NCBI GenBank assembly: GCA_963801605.1
Contig: CAWDFP010000006.1
Coordinates: 1,728,001 to 1,792,000, forward strand
DNA from: an uncultured candidate division Zixibacteria bacterium
GTDB taxonomy: Bacteria > Zixibacteria > MSB-5A5 > UBA10806
Reading direction: 5' to 3'
Length of the DNA: 64,000 nt
The notes below the pieces were generated by a model that was not told where the DNA came from, made no database searches, and saw only the letters and a list, made by a program, of their open reading frames with translations. Position numbers and translations under genes: made by a program. Positions 24,994-35,794 of the stretch are shown in pieces; position 1 is the stretch's first letter; each line of letters begins with the position of its first letter.

Positions 24994-25479
24994 ATCTACA
25001 CATCAGAATCCCTTTTAGATATAAACGAGCGGTCGCAACGCAGTTTCAAAAAGCTGTTGGAGCATTGCCGCCAATTCAGTGTCGAGGAAATAAACCGCGA
25101 GATCGAGGGTTTCGGCTATCCCACGATCCGACTGCAATTGTATCACATACTCGGCGCTCAGAATTATTGGATCGGAGTGCTGCAAGGGCGTATGGATGCC
25201 GATGAGAATGACCCGCTGTATCCCACAATTGATTCGCTCGAAAGATTTCACGAACAGATATTCCGCATGACCGATGAGTATCTGCGGGAGGCGTCGATGG
25301 AGGAGCTAAGTACTCCGCGCAAGATGATGACTTGGCAGAATATCGAACGCGACTTAATCCCGGCGCATGTGATCATGAGAACCGTGACGCATTTATATCA
25401 GCATCAAGGCCAGATTATGGCACTCTGCAGGCTGCTCGGAAAACCTGTGGAAAGAGGGATGGATTATCCGATAGTGTAG
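24994..25479 (+). CDS. DinB/YfiT-like metalloprotein; probable start is ATC at 24994
   Basis: TIRLQLYHI and THLYQHQGQI His motifs; AAGGAGG then in-frame ATC TAC ACA. Confidence 0.8.
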   Translation: MYTSESLLDINERSQRSFKKLLEHCRQFSVEEINREIEGFGYPTIRLQLYHILGAQNYWIGVLQGRMDADENDPLYPTIDSLERFHEQIFRMTDEYLREASMEELSTPRKMMTWQNIERDLIPAHVIMRTVTHLYQHQGQIMALCRLLGKPVERGMDYPIV

Positions 25480-25480
25480 A

Positions 25481-25505
25481 ATGGCACACCTGGGAGTGTG
25501 CCATT
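25481..25505. terminator. hairpin between convergent genes
   Basis: ATGGCACAC-ctggga-GTGTGCCAT. Confidence 0.55.
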
Positions 25506-25541
25506 CGCGAAATTTACGGAATTATTGTGATGCTTAGCCCG

Positions 25542-26018
25542 TTACTTTACCCCATCATAAGCATCTTTCAATATTTTGATATCAAGCTTGGTCATCTGAA
25601 GCATTGACATCATTGCTCTGCCCCTTTTTTCAATGTCCTTGCTTGATAACAATTCGCCCAAAATAGTTGGGACGATTTGCCAGGAGATGCCATACTTATC
25701 CTTAAGCCAGCCGCATTGCTCCTGTTCACCGCCATCGGAGAGTTTCTCCCATAATAAGTCGACCTCAACCTGGGTCTGGCAATTGACATAGAGTGAAATC
25801 GCCGGTGAAAAGGTGAATATCGGGCCGCCATTAATCGCGATAAAATCCTGCCCCTCGAGTTGGAAAGCAATAACCGTTACGGTTCCCGGATGATCTGGAT
25901 GCTCATTTTCAAAGCGATTAATGCTTTCAATTTTAGAATTCTTGAAGATAGAAGTATAAAAGTTTACTGCCTCTTCCGCCTGGTCGTTAAACCATAAAAA
26001 TGGAGTGATTTTTTGCAT
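25542..26018 (-). CDS. VOC family protein (PhnB / 3-demethylubiquinone-9 methyltransferase-like)
   Basis: MQKITPFLWFNDQAEEA, CGWLKDKYGISWQIVP. Confidence 0.9.
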   Translation of the reverse strand: MQKITPFLWFNDQAEEAVNFYTSIFKNSKIESINRFENEHPDHPGTVTVIAFQLEGQDFIAINGGPIFTFSPAISLYVNCQTQVEVDLLWEKLSDGGEQEQCGWLKDKYGISWQIVPTILGELLSSKDIEKRGRAMMSMLQMTKLDIKILKDAYDGVK

Positions 26019-26340
26019 GCGGAATTCCTTTCTGACAAATTTTGGATTAATCTACCAAATTTCTTTAATACAAATCAAATTTCATAATCAATTGTTTCAT
26101 CAAATGCTGCTTTCAATCTTCATTTTTTCTACGACGTCATAATTCATTGGCAGTCCGTGACCTGGCAAGAACTGAAAAGCCGGATGTCACATATAGTAAT
26201 CTCAAATCAGATAAGCTAATTTGCCGTTTATTCTACTCCATATTCCACGTATTTTCAGCCTATCACGGCACAAATAAAAGCCTCTAATTGTTTTTACAAA
26301 CGGAAATCCAAGAATTTCAACTTTATTTAAGGAGGGGAAT

Positions 26341-26691
26341 ATGCCAACAGGACAACCTTACACGATCACGTATTATGAGGTCAAGCCGGGTAAGGAACAT
26401 AATTTTAAATCGGCTTGGGAAAATATGGCTCGCGAATCAATGAAGCATTACCGGGTGGGCGGGAATCCGCGGTTGTTGCAGGATCCGGAAAATCCTCGCC
26501 GCTTTTTTTCGTACGCCGAATGGATTCGGATCAACGATATAACCGACTGGATGCAGCAGCCATATTTTAAGGAGTTCGTCCAATCTACCCAAGAGCTTTG
26601 CGAGAGAGTCGATCGCCATATTTTTAATGTCGTCTCAGATATGGCCGTAAGAGCGCCGGAATTCGAAAAGATTAAGACCAGGGGAAAGTAG
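26341..26691 (+). CDS. antibiotic biosynthesis monooxygenase (ABM) family protein
   Basis: YEVKPGKEHNF...LLQDPENPRRFFSYAEW; AAGGAGG RBS. Confidence 0.75.
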   Translation: MPTGQPYTITYYEVKPGKEHNFKSAWENMARESMKHYRVGGNPRLLQDPENPRRFFSYAEWIRINDITDWMQQPYFKEFVQSTQELCERVDRHIFNVVSDMAVRAPEFEKIKTRGK

Positions 26692-26887
26692 TTTTAACCG
26701 GCAAAACGGTTCAGGGCGATCAGAAGATTTATTATAGTCGTTATCGCGGGCGCCATAAAATTGGAGTGAAGGGGAGATTCTATAATCACCCCTTCATGGT
26801 TTTAGGCTCCGGGAATCCTACTTAAGGCGATTAGCAATTTTATTTTGATTTCCAAAATGCCCCATTAATTGTCACTTTACTCTTGCT

Positions 26888-28049
26888 ATGGAGGCTATTT
26901 TTTACCATTTTCACCAAGCTATGGTGGGAATTTCGAAATTTAAATATCAATCTGCCGGATTACCAGTGATTATAGGTAGCGACAAATTCAGGCAATTACA
27001 TATCGCCATTTTTGCAAACGAGCGCTCAATTCATACTCGACGCTGGGTGTTGGGCCTGCGGGAATTGGGGCATCGAGTTGATCTAATTACGTTCTATAAA
27101 GATTACGACCATGATATCGGTGGAATTGATCTAGAAGCGACGAGTAAGGCGGGGTATCTGCTTAAAATCGGGAAGCTCAGGGAGATAATAAGCAGAGCTT
27201 CAGCCGGATATTTTTCATGCCCATTGTGCGTCCAGTTTCGGATTTTTGGCCAGTTTCGTAGATCATCCACGAAAGGTTCTTTCGGTTTGGGGGGAGGATA
27301 TAATAGCATTTCCGCGACGAAACCTCATAAATCAGAAAATAGTACAAAAATCATTATCAAGCGCTCATCAGATTACAGCAACCAGCTTGTTTCTTGAAAG
27401 AGTCGCGCGCTCCTTTCCAATTAAACTTCCTCCCATAACTGTTATACCGTTCGGAATAGATCTTAGGGTATTTTCCTACATAGAACGACAACCGCAGTCG
27501 GTAATCAAGATTGGTATTGCCAAGCACCTTGAGGAACAGTATGGTATCGACACTTTGATAAAATCATTCATGGTATTGTTGAAGAACAATAGCAACGTTA
27601 AATTGATTATTGCCGGTAGGGGAACCAAGGAAGATAAATATAAACGGCTGGCAAGCAGATTTGGGCTTGACACAAAAATTGAATTTTTGGGCGCTGTGGA
27701 ACATTCCAGGATGCCCGAATTTCTATGGTCGGTGGACATTGCCGCAATGCCGTCTAGATACGATGATGAAAGCTTTGGCGTTGCTGCCCTGGAAGCGTCA
27801 GCAACGGGTTTGCCTGTTGTAGCTACCAAAGTAGGCGGCGTACCCGAAGTTGTTATCGATGGTGTTACCGGCTTTATGGCGGAAAAGGAAAATGAGGAGC
27901 AGTTAGCGCAATATCTCGAAAGGCTAATCCAGGATTCCGACCTTCGCAAAAGGATGGGAATTGCGGGCCGAAAAATGGTGGAGGAACGATATCGCTGGGA
28001 AGATAACCTGGAATCGATGCAAAATCTATACTACGGAATGATGAAATGA
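26888..28049 (+). CDS. glycosyltransferase family 4; frameshifted near 27190-27210, start uncertain
   Basis: SIHTRRW, HAH.ASSFG, ESFGVAALEA...PVVATKVGG split across two ORFs. Confidence 0.85.
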
Positions 28050-29260
28050 AAATTCTATTGATGACACAATATTTTTATCCGGAGCCGGGGGCTACGACCA
28101 ACAGGCTTCTCTCGTTTGCCAGAATATTCGCCCAGAAAGGACATGACGTAACCGTGCTGTGTGAATTTCCTAGCTACCCGGTAGGCGTGTTACCGAAAGA
28201 ATATCATTACAGACTGTTCAAAACGGAAAAATTTGAAAATTTCAGGGTTGTACGCACATTTATACTGCCAACTGCAAGATCCAACGTCTTATCCCGTCTG
28301 CTAAATTATGCCAGCTATTTCATTTCGTCATTTGTTATCGGAGTATTCCTGCGTCGCCCCGATGTTATCATTGCGTCATCTCCTCCACCTACGGTAGGTT
28401 TGAGCGCGGCGCTGGTCAGCATAGTCAGGTTTGTCCCGATGATAGGGGATATCCAGGATCTCTGGCCGGAATATGCTATTGCCATTGGAGAGTTACGGAA
28501 TAAAGTCGCTATAATTATCGGTAAATTGGTGGAATCGATATTTTATTGGCGTTGTTTAGCGTTGGTAACCATTTCCAATGGACTCAAGGAATATCTCGAC
28601 AAGAAAACAAAAGGTAAGAAGCAGGTATTTATTGTACGCAATGGCTCATCAATACCCGATATGCCGGAATTTCCCCAAATCAAGGCAAATTGCTTCAGTC
28701 GGAAAACAGTAAATGTTTGCTATGCCGGTGTAATCGGCCTTTTACAACCAATTCAGGATGTCGTCGATGCGGCCGAATTAACTTTGACTGATGAATCTAT
28801 TCGTTATACCGTTATTGGGGACGGCGTCCGTCGAGGAAATTTAGAGAATCAGGTGCTAACGAAAAATCTTTCAAACATGACATTCACAGGGGCGTTATCG
28901 CAGAAAGAAACAATTGATCTACTCTTAGAATCGGATATTGCCATCGTAACCCTTCTCGATATAGAGCAGTTCAAGAGCGCCTTACCATCGAAATTTTTTG
29001 ATTACATGGCGATGGCCTTACCGATTGTACTCGGTGTCGATGGCGAAGCCCGTGAAATTCTCGAAACTAATAAAACCGGTCTATTTTATAAATCAGGATA
29101 TCCTGAGGATATGGTTAAGCAAATTCGCTGGTTGCAGGCTAATCCCGCCAAAGGGAAAGAAATGGGACTGGCAGGGAGACAACTGGTCATAGAATCGTTT
29201 TCGCGTTCCGACCTTTCGGTGAAAATGGAAAAGATCATTTCGGAATTGATTATTAAATAA
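28046..29260 (+). CDS. glycosyltransferase family 4 (WbuB-like)
   Basis: MKILLMTQYFYPE, DLWPE, PSKFFDYMA. Confidence 0.9.
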   Translation: MKILLMTQYFYPEPGATTNRLLSFARIFAQKGHDVTVLCEFPSYPVGVLPKEYHYRLFKTEKFENFRVVRTFILPTARSNVLSRLLNYASYFISSFVIGVFLRRPDVIIASSPPPTVGLSAALVSIVRFVPMIGDIQDLWPEYAIAIGELRNKVAIIIGKLVESIFYWRCLALVTISNGLKEYLDKKTKGKKQVFIVRNGSSIPDMPEFPQIKANCFSRKTVNVCYAGVIGLLQPIQDVVDAAELTLTDESIRYTVIGDGVRRGNLENQVLTKNLSNMTFTGALSQKETIDLLLESDIAIVTLLDIEQFKSALPSKFFDYMAMALPIVLGVDGEAREILETNKTGLFYKSGYPEDMVKQIRWLQANPAKGKEMGLAGRQLVIESFSRSDLSVKMEKIISELIIK

Positions 29261-29397
29261 GCGTTATAAATTAATCCGATGAATTGTTTATATATTTTTG
29301 GTGTAAGCGTTAATTACCATTACTAGCCTGCAAAATTGGTATAAATATCCTAGATTTTTATTATGCTATTATTAATTGAAAATAAGCGGCGACAAAT

Positions 29398-29497
29398 GGC
29401 TATGACCAAATGGAGGATGATATGGTTTTGGGGAGTAATAGAAACTAAGCTACCCGTTTTGCTAGGCGAAGTTAAGGCTCTTATTAGCCAGCCTTAG
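29398..29497 (+). pseudogene. C-terminal relic of a second HepT/DUF86 toxin
   Basis: GYDQMEDDMV / WGVIETKLPVLLGEVKALISQP* (one frameshift) aligns with GYDMVDNEVVWGVIERELALLHREAESLL of 23203-23544. Confidence 0.7.
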
Positions 29498-29581
29498 TTA
29501 GATTGTATCAACCATTAATCCAATATGCTTGACTGTCTTCATATTAGACGATATATTCAATTCCGGATATAAATAGCTTAA

Positions 29582-29653
29582 GCGGGCGTAATTCAGTGGT
29601 AGAATGTCAGCTTCCCAAGCTGGACGTCGTGGGTTCAAATCCCATCGCCCGCT
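29582..29653 (+). tRNA. tRNA-Gly(CCC)
   Basis: cloverleaf GCGGGCG/CGCCCGC, anticodon loop TTCCCAA, discriminator U. Confidence 0.95.
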
Positions 29654-29726
29654 TTTAATAATGTCTTGATATCAGGCTATGATCAATTCTGGGGCGTAGA
29701 ATAATGTTGATGGGAGCAAATACATT

Positions 29727-31037
29727 TTGACAGTACCGATAATCGCAATCATAGGCCGACCCAATGTCGGCAAATCAACTCTGTTCAACAGGCTTATAAA
29801 GGCTCCTCAGGCGATTGTGGATGATATGCCGGGGGTGACCCGCGACCGCCTTTATAGGCCGACCAGTTGGAACGGAGTCGAATTTATGCTGGTGGATACC
29901 GGCGGTTTACATGTCGGAGCGCAAGAGCCACTGGCCCAGCAGGTTACTGATCAGGCCAAAATCGCCATCGACCAGGCAGATGTAGTTGTATTTCTACTGG
30001 ATACCAAAGTAGGTTTGCAGGATGAAGATATCCGGATCTCGCGAGACCTGAAACGCTCCGAAAAACGAGTGGTCATCGCGGTTAACAAGGTAGATGATGC
30101 CAAGAAGGAATATGATTCCCATGAATTCTATGCGCTTGGATTTAAAGATGTAATCCTCATTTCGGCGGCCAATGGCCGCAATATCGGCGAACTGCTGGAT
30201 GCTATGGTTGAGGGGCTGCCAAAGGAAGTAGTCGAGGAATCTCCGGAGGATATCAAGGTTGCAATCGTGGGCCGTCCCAATGTAGGAAAATCGTCACTGA
30301 TAAACTCAATGACCGGTCGCAATGTCACAATAGTGGCGCCAATACCCGGTACCACTCGAGACGCAATCGATACTCGCTTTGAACGCGATGGCAAGACCTT
30401 TCTTCTAATCGATACTGCCGGTCTGAAAAAGAAAAATATTTATAAAGATGATCTCGAATTTTACACCTCGCTTCGCACCATGCGGGCTATTACGCGCTGC
30501 GATATTGCGGTGGTGGTAATAGATAGTATCGATAATCTCGTAGTGGGGGACTTGCGGATTGCAACCGATGCGGCAGAGCAATTCAAGGGGCTTATTTTCG
30601 CGGTTAATAAATGGGACGTTTTCGAGAAAGACGAAAACAGCGCTGATTTGATTCGAAAAGCCATAAGGGATAAGGCGCCTCTTTTCTCCTATGCTCCCAT
30701 ACTATTTATTTCGGCCAAGACTGGTACTCGAGTGCACAAGGTCTGGGAAACGATCGAACAGGTAGATCAGGAGCGAAAAAAGAGAATTCCGACCGCGGAG
30801 TTAAATGCCTTTATAGGCAAACTGGTGGAAAATAACCCTCCTCCGGCTACGGGAGGGCGGTTTATTAAAATTTATTATGTAACGCATGCCGAAAGCGATC
30901 CACCGACTTTTATCTTCTTCAGCAATCATGCCAAGTATATCGAAATTCCCTATATGCGCTTTCTCGAAAATCGAATCAGGGAAAAGTATGGTTTTACCGG
31001 GACTCCACTTAAAATGATTTTCAAGTCGAAGAAATAA
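29727..31037 (+). CDS. der: ribosome biogenesis GTPase Der
   Basis: two GRPNVGKS P-loops, DTGG/DTAG, NKVD/NKWD, KH-like C-terminus. Confidence 0.97.
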   Translation: MTVPIIAIIGRPNVGKSTLFNRLIKAPQAIVDDMPGVTRDRLYRPTSWNGVEFMLVDTGGLHVGAQEPLAQQVTDQAKIAIDQADVVVFLLDTKVGLQDEDIRISRDLKRSEKRVVIAVNKVDDAKKEYDSHEFYALGFKDVILISAANGRNIGELLDAMVEGLPKEVVEESPEDIKVAIVGRPNVGKSSLINSMTGRNVTIVAPIPGTTRDAIDTRFERDGKTFLLIDTAGLKKKNIYKDDLEFYTSLRTMRAITRCDIAVVVIDSIDNLVVGDLRIATDAAEQFKGLIFAVNKWDVFEKDENSADLIRKAIRDKAPLFSYAPILFISAKTGTRVHKVWETIEQVDQERKKRIPTAELNAFIGKLVENNPPPATGGRFIKIYYVTHAESDPPTFIFFSNHAKYIEIPYMRFLENRIREKYGFTGTPLKMIFKSKK

Positions 31038-31038
31038 G

Positions 31039-31668
31039 ATGATTACGATTACAATAAACGCGTTAATGGGTTATTTCCTGGGGTCAATTCCAACGGGTGT
31101 TTGGACCGGCCGGGTTTTTAGAGGGATCGATATCAGAGAGCATGGCTCCAAATCGATCGGCGCAACAAATGTCTTCCGCGTTTTAGGAGCCCGGTTGGCT
31201 GTCGGGGTGTTGGTTATCGATATCGCCAAGGGATTTTTCGCGGCTTATTTCGGTTCGAAGATTAACCTGGGGGATACGCTACTAACAACCGGTCAGCTCG
31301 CGATGATTGCGGGATTAGCGGCAATTATTGGGCATCTGTTTCCACTCTTTGCCAGATTTAGAGGGGGAAAAGGTGTCGCTACCGGCGCCGGTATGCTGCT
31401 GTTCCTGGCCCCATTAGAGGTGGCATTTGCGTTAATAGTATTCGTGGTGACCATAGCGATAACACGCTATGTCTCGCTGGGGTCAATTCTGGCAGCATGC
31501 TTTTTATCGATATCGCTTATTATTCAAAAATATGCTTACCATTATCCCCTGGGAAATGAGATGATCGGTTTGGCGGCGTTTATTCTGATTTTGATTTTGT
31601 TGACACATAGGGCCAATATCGGCCGTCTCATGCAGGGGACAGAAAATAAACTGGGAGCGAAGGCGTGA
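31039..31668 (+). CDS. plsY: glycerol-3-phosphate acyltransferase
   Basis: GSIPTG, GATNVFR, FRGGKGVAT, HRANI. Confidence 0.95.
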   Translation: MITITINALMGYFLGSIPTGVWTGRVFRGIDIREHGSKSIGATNVFRVLGARLAVGVLVIDIAKGFFAAYFGSKINLGDTLLTTGQLAMIAGLAAIIGHLFPLFARFRGGKGVATGAGMLLFLAPLEVAFALIVFVVTIAITRYVSLGSILAACFLSISLIIQKYAYHYPLGNEMIGLAAFILILILLTHRANIGRLMQGTENKLGAKA

Positions 31669-32681
31669 GCGCTCAGAAGGTCGCAATATTGGGAGCCGGT
31701 GGATGGGGAATGGCAATCGCCAATCTCCTGTCTGAAAAGGATTACGATATCGGTCTCTGGGAGTTCGATAAAGCCGCTGCAGATGAGCTCGATTCGACCC
31801 GAGTGTTACCATCAAAGCTGCCTGGTATTGATCTAAATCAAAATATCTCAGTGACAAATGAATTGAATAAAGCAGTTGCCGGAGCGTCATTTATCTGTTT
31901 TGTAGTTCCATCCCAAACACTTCGGGCAACAGCCATTAGGCTACATGAGTGCGATCTTGCCAAACGGCCGGTTCTTATTAATCTTGCCAAGGGGATTGAA
32001 GTTGGATCGCTAAAAAGAATGTCTGAAATACTTACAGAAACTCTTCCGCAGAAATCATATTCCGGTATCGCCACACTTTCCGGCCCGTCGCACGCCGAGG
32101 AAGTTTCTCGTGGGATTCCCACCGCAGTAGTTGCAGCATCCACAGAGAAAGAGGTTAGTAACGCGGTCCTGGACCTATTTAGGACTCCAAGATTCAGGGT
32201 TTACACATCGGATGATATTTTAGGCGTAGAGTTGGCGGGATCCCTTAAAAACATCATTGCTTTAGCCGCCGGAATGCTCGACGGTTTAGGCCTTGGTGAT
32301 AATACACGCGGCGCCCTACTGACTCGGGGGCTGGCCGAGATTGTGCGAATCGGCAAGAAACTTGGCGCAGATCCTATAACGTTCTCAGGGCTGTCGGGAG
32401 TGGGAGATTTGGTTACCACCTGCTTGTCGCACCATTCGCGCAACCGGTTCGTGGGGGAGCAAATCGGGCTGGGGCAGACTCTGGAAGAAGTCCTTTCAAA
32501 GATGAGCATGGTAGCCGAAGGGGTCCAAACCACCAAATCAGGTTACCAGCTTTCGAGACTTCACAAGGTTGAGATGCCGATAACCACACAGGTCCACCAC
32601 GTACTTTTTGACGGTAAATCGCCTGCTGAGGCGATAAACGATCTCATGATCCGCGATCCCAAGCCCGAAGACTGGAGTTAG
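31665..32681 (+). CDS. gpsA: NAD(P)H-dependent glycerol-3-phosphate dehydrogenase
   Basis: GAGGWG, LSGPSHAEEV, LKNIIA, GDLVTTC, SRN. Confidence 0.95.
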   Translation: MSAQKVAILGAGGWGMAIANLLSEKDYDIGLWEFDKAAADELDSTRVLPSKLPGIDLNQNISVTNELNKAVAGASFICFVVPSQTLRATAIRLHECDLAKRPVLINLAKGIEVGSLKRMSEILTETLPQKSYSGIATLSGPSHAEEVSRGIPTAVVAASTEKEVSNAVLDLFRTPRFRVYTSDDILGVELAGSLKNIIALAAGMLDGLGLGDNTRGALLTRGLAEIVRIGKKLGADPITFSGLSGVGDLVTTCLSHHSRNRFVGEQIGLGQTLEEVLSKMSMVAEGVQTTKSGYQLSRLHKVEMPITTQVHHVLFDGKSPAEAINDLMIRDPKPEDWS

Positions 32682-32779
32682 CATTTCCGGATTCGCTCCC
32701 AAAAATACCTTGCAAGGGGCTTTTGATTCTGTAATATTTACCTTTTAATGACGTATAAATATTAATCTGTAAAGGTCGG

Positions 32780-33040
32780 ATGATGGGCAAAAAAGCAGTT
32801 CACAAAATAGATTTCGAAAAATCGATGGAGGAGCTCGAAAAGATCGTCAGCGATCTGGAATCCGGCACACTCACCCTTGATCAATCTATCGAAGCATTCG
32901 AACGTGGCATCGAGCTATCCCGGCTTTGTCAAAAAAGACTTGAGGCCTCCGAGGAGCGTGTAAAAAAGCTTCTGGAAAAATCGGATGGCGAATTTGATTT
33001 AAAGCTCTTTGAGGAAGAAGAAGGTAGTACCAATGGATAA
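32780..33040 (+). CDS. xseB: exodeoxyribonuclease VII small subunit
   Basis: FEKSMEELEKIVSDLESGTLTLDQSIEAFERG. Confidence 0.92.
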   Translation: MMGKKAVHKIDFEKSMEELEKIVSDLESGTLTLDQSIEAFERGIELSRLCQKRLEASEERVKKLLEKSDGEFDLKLFEEEEGSTNG

Positions 33041-34937
33041 ATTATTGCCGAAGGTGAATTCCCCATCGGATTTGAAGTTGTTAGCACTTGACGATCTGCC
33101 GTTTTTAGCGGAGGAAATCCGCGAACTTATAATCGATGTATGTTCCAAAAACGGCGGGCATTTAGGCGCCAGCCTGGGGGTTGTGGAGTTGATAACGGCT
33201 TTGCATTATGTTTATGACACCCCTAAGGATATAATTATCTATGATGTCAGCCATCAAGCCTATACGCACAAAATATTAACGGGCCGACGAGACAGCTTTC
33301 CCACGATTCGAACAGCTGGCGGGCTCTCGGGCTTTTGCGCCAGAAGCGAATCAGAGTATGACGCATTTGGCGCCGGGCATGCTTGTACGTCTCTTTCGGC
33401 TGCGTTGGGGTTTGCGGCCGCCCGCGATCTTAAAGGCGAAACCAATAAGGTTATGGCAGTCGTAGGAGACGGATCGCTGACTGGCGGTATGGCCTGGGAA
33501 GGATTAAATCAGATCGGAGCATCGGGACGCAATATACTTGTAGTTCTTAACGATAATAATATGTCGATTTCGAAAAACGTTGGGGCGATTGCAAAATATC
33601 TCACTGAGATGCTGGCTGATGAGCCTTATAATAAATTAAAGAGCGAGATCTGGCGGCTTTCCGGCCTTCTGCCCAAGCATGAGAAATTCCGTGGAGCAGT
33701 TGGTATGATGGAAGAAACGCTTAAGGGCGTTATGGTCCCCGGCATTATTTTCGAAAAATTCGGTTTTCGCTATTTTGGCCCGATTGATGGACACGATATC
33801 AAGCTTCTGGTAAAAACCCTTGGCAATATTAAAAATCTTCCCGGCCCGAAATTCCTGCATATCAGTACAATCAAAGGCAAAGGATATCAATTCGCAGAAA
33901 ATGATTCCTTACGTTTTCACGGCGTCACCAAATTCGACAAGGTAACCGGCAAATCGCTGGCGCTGAGTAAATCGCTTCCCTATACAAAAGTTTTCGGGGA
34001 AACGATGGCGCATTTAGCCTCGAAAGACAAAGCAATCTGTGCGGTTACCGCAGCGATGTGCAGCGGTACCGGCCTGGAGAAATTTGCCAAGGAAAATCCG
34101 GCGCGCTTTTTCGATGTCGGTATTGCCGAGCAACACGGAGCAACATTCGCGGCGGGCCTGGCGGCCTGTGGTCTCAAGCCGTTTTATGCTGTTTATTCAA
34201 CTTTCCTTCAGCGCGGTTTTGATCAGGTTATGCACGATGTCGCCTTGCAGAAGTTGCCGGTGCGCTTCTGTATGGACCGTGCCGGAGTAGTTGGGGACGA
34301 TGGTCCCACGCACCATGGCTGTTTTGATATTTCGTTCCTGCGTCCAATACCGAACCTGGTATTGTTTGCGCCCAAGGATGGTCGTGAGTTCCGTGATGGA
34401 CTGGCATTTGCCGCGAATTTCAACGATGGCCCTATCGCTATTCGTTACCCCAGAGAGAGTATCCCCGAGGAAAGTATCGAAATGGATTTCCGGCCGCTGG
34501 AATTGGGAAGCTGGGAAATTTTGCGTGAGGGCACGGACCTGGCGATTATAGCAGTGGGAAGCATGGTTTATCCAGCCTGGAAAGCGAGCGAGATTCTCGA
34601 AAAGGATGGTCTCAAATGCCGCGTGATCAATGCCCGCTTTATCAAACCAATGGATGAGAAAATTCTAACTGATACTTTTAATAAATTCGATCGCATTCTA
34701 TCGGTAAGTGAAAATGTTATTTCCGGCGGTTTCGGTGAAGGCGTAATGGAATGGGCTACACAAAATGGTTTCAGAAACTTCGTTAAGAATCAAGCCATTC
34801 CCGACCGTTTCATCGAACATGGGCCGCGAGAAGCTCTGCTGCACAGTATTGGCCTCGATGCCGAGGGAATTGCCCTGGCGGCGCTGGAATTGCATCAAGT
34901 CTCAAAAAAGACGGAAGATTCGCGGAAACCAAATTGA
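33033..34937 (+). CDS. dxs: 1-deoxy-D-xylulose-5-phosphate synthase
   Basis: GGHLGASLG, GDGSLTGG...NDN TPP motif, DVGIAEQH, DGPTHHG. Confidence 0.97.
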   Translation: MDKLLPKVNSPSDLKLLALDDLPFLAEEIRELIIDVCSKNGGHLGASLGVVELITALHYVYDTPKDIIIYDVSHQAYTHKILTGRRDSFPTIRTAGGLSGFCARSESEYDAFGAGHACTSLSAALGFAAARDLKGETNKVMAVVGDGSLTGGMAWEGLNQIGASGRNILVVLNDNNMSISKNVGAIAKYLTEMLADEPYNKLKSEIWRLSGLLPKHEKFRGAVGMMEETLKGVMVPGIIFEKFGFRYFGPIDGHDIKLLVKTLGNIKNLPGPKFLHISTIKGKGYQFAENDSLRFHGVTKFDKVTGKSLALSKSLPYTKVFGETMAHLASKDKAICAVTAAMCSGTGLEKFAKENPARFFDVGIAEQHGATFAAGLAACGLKPFYAVYSTFLQRGFDQVMHDVALQKLPVRFCMDRAGVVGDDGPTHHGCFDISFLRPIPNLVLFAPKDGREFRDGLAFAANFNDGPIAIRYPRESIPEESIEMDFRPLELGSWEILREGTDLAIIAVGSMVYPAWKASEILEKDGLKCRVINARFIKPMDEKILTDTFNKFDRILSVSENVISGGFGEGVMEWATQNGFRNFVKNQAIPDRFIEHGPREALLHSIGLDAEGIALAALELHQVSKKTEDSRKPN

Positions 34938-35794
34938 AGACAATCGTAATAACGGTCCATACCGACAGACCTTTGATCAAAGAAACTACCGATCGCATTA
35001 TCAACTGGTGCGATAAAAACGGAATCCAGTGTCGAGTCTGCGATGAATTGAATGGTGTCTCAAATCATCATGAACTCGCCATTTCGCGAGAGGAGATAAA
35101 GAAGGTCTGCGACGTTATCATCACGTTAGGCGGGGATGGTTCGATATTAGCATCTGCCAGGGCATTCGGAAATTACGGCGTTCCAATTCTGGGAGTAAAT
35201 CTTGGCAAGCTTGGCTTTTTGACAGAAGTGGCGCAAAACCAGATCGAAGACGCGCTATCCCGTCTCAAAGATAACAACTATAAAATCGAAGAGCGAATGG
35301 CTCTCGAAGTGACCATGCCTGATGGCGAAAAAATAACCGCCTTAAACGATATCGTGGTCGATCATGGTGACCAAATCCGGCTGGCTATGATGGATATTCT
35401 ATCTAACGGCGAATTCGTTTGCCCGTGCGATGCCGATGGAGTCGTGATTGCCACGCCTACCGGTTCGACCGCATATTCGCTCTCGGCCGGAGGCCCGATT
35501 ATAAATCCGGTTATGGATGCCATTGCGGTCAGCCCCATCTCGGCGCATACACTGGCGTTGCGAAGCATCATTTTCCCCGCGGAAAATGTGTTAACCGTGC
35601 GGGCCGGTTCAAATGAAATGAATCTCCGCGTAGCTCTCGATGGCCAAATTATGGGGCATCTCTCGAGCGGAGAAGAACTGGTTGTCAGGAAGGCCGATTA
35701 TAAGGTCAAATTGGTTAAATTCGAATCAAAATCGTTTTATGAGATATTGCGTACCAAGCTTCATTGGGGAGCGAGGCCTCTTTTCAATTCGTAA
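34934..35794 (+). CDS. nadK: NAD kinase
   Basis: LGGDGS, GKLGFL, ALND, TPTGSTAYSLSAGGP. Confidence 0.95.
   Translation: MKTIVITVHTDRPLIKETTDRIINWCDKNGIQCRVCDELNGVSNHHELAISREEIKKVCDVIITLGGDGSILASARAFGNYGVPILGVNLGKLGFLTEVAQNQIEDALSRLKDNNYKIEERMALEVTMPDGEKITALNDIVVDHGDQIRLAMMDILSNGEFVCPCDADGVVIATPTGSTAYSLSAGGPIINPVMDAIAVSPISAHTLALRSIIFPAENVLTVRAGSNEMNLRVALDGQIMGHLSSGEELVVRKADYKVKLVKFESKSFYEILRTKLHWGARPLFNS

Noticed and set aside
26150..26192. Hairpin GTGACCTGGC...GCCGGATGTCAC as a possible riboswitch
   Set aside because: Lacks the conserved motifs of riboswitch classes I can recognise
24430..26700. Run of small accessory genes as an integron cassette array
   Set aside because: No repeated attC-like sites, mixed orientation and no integrase in the window
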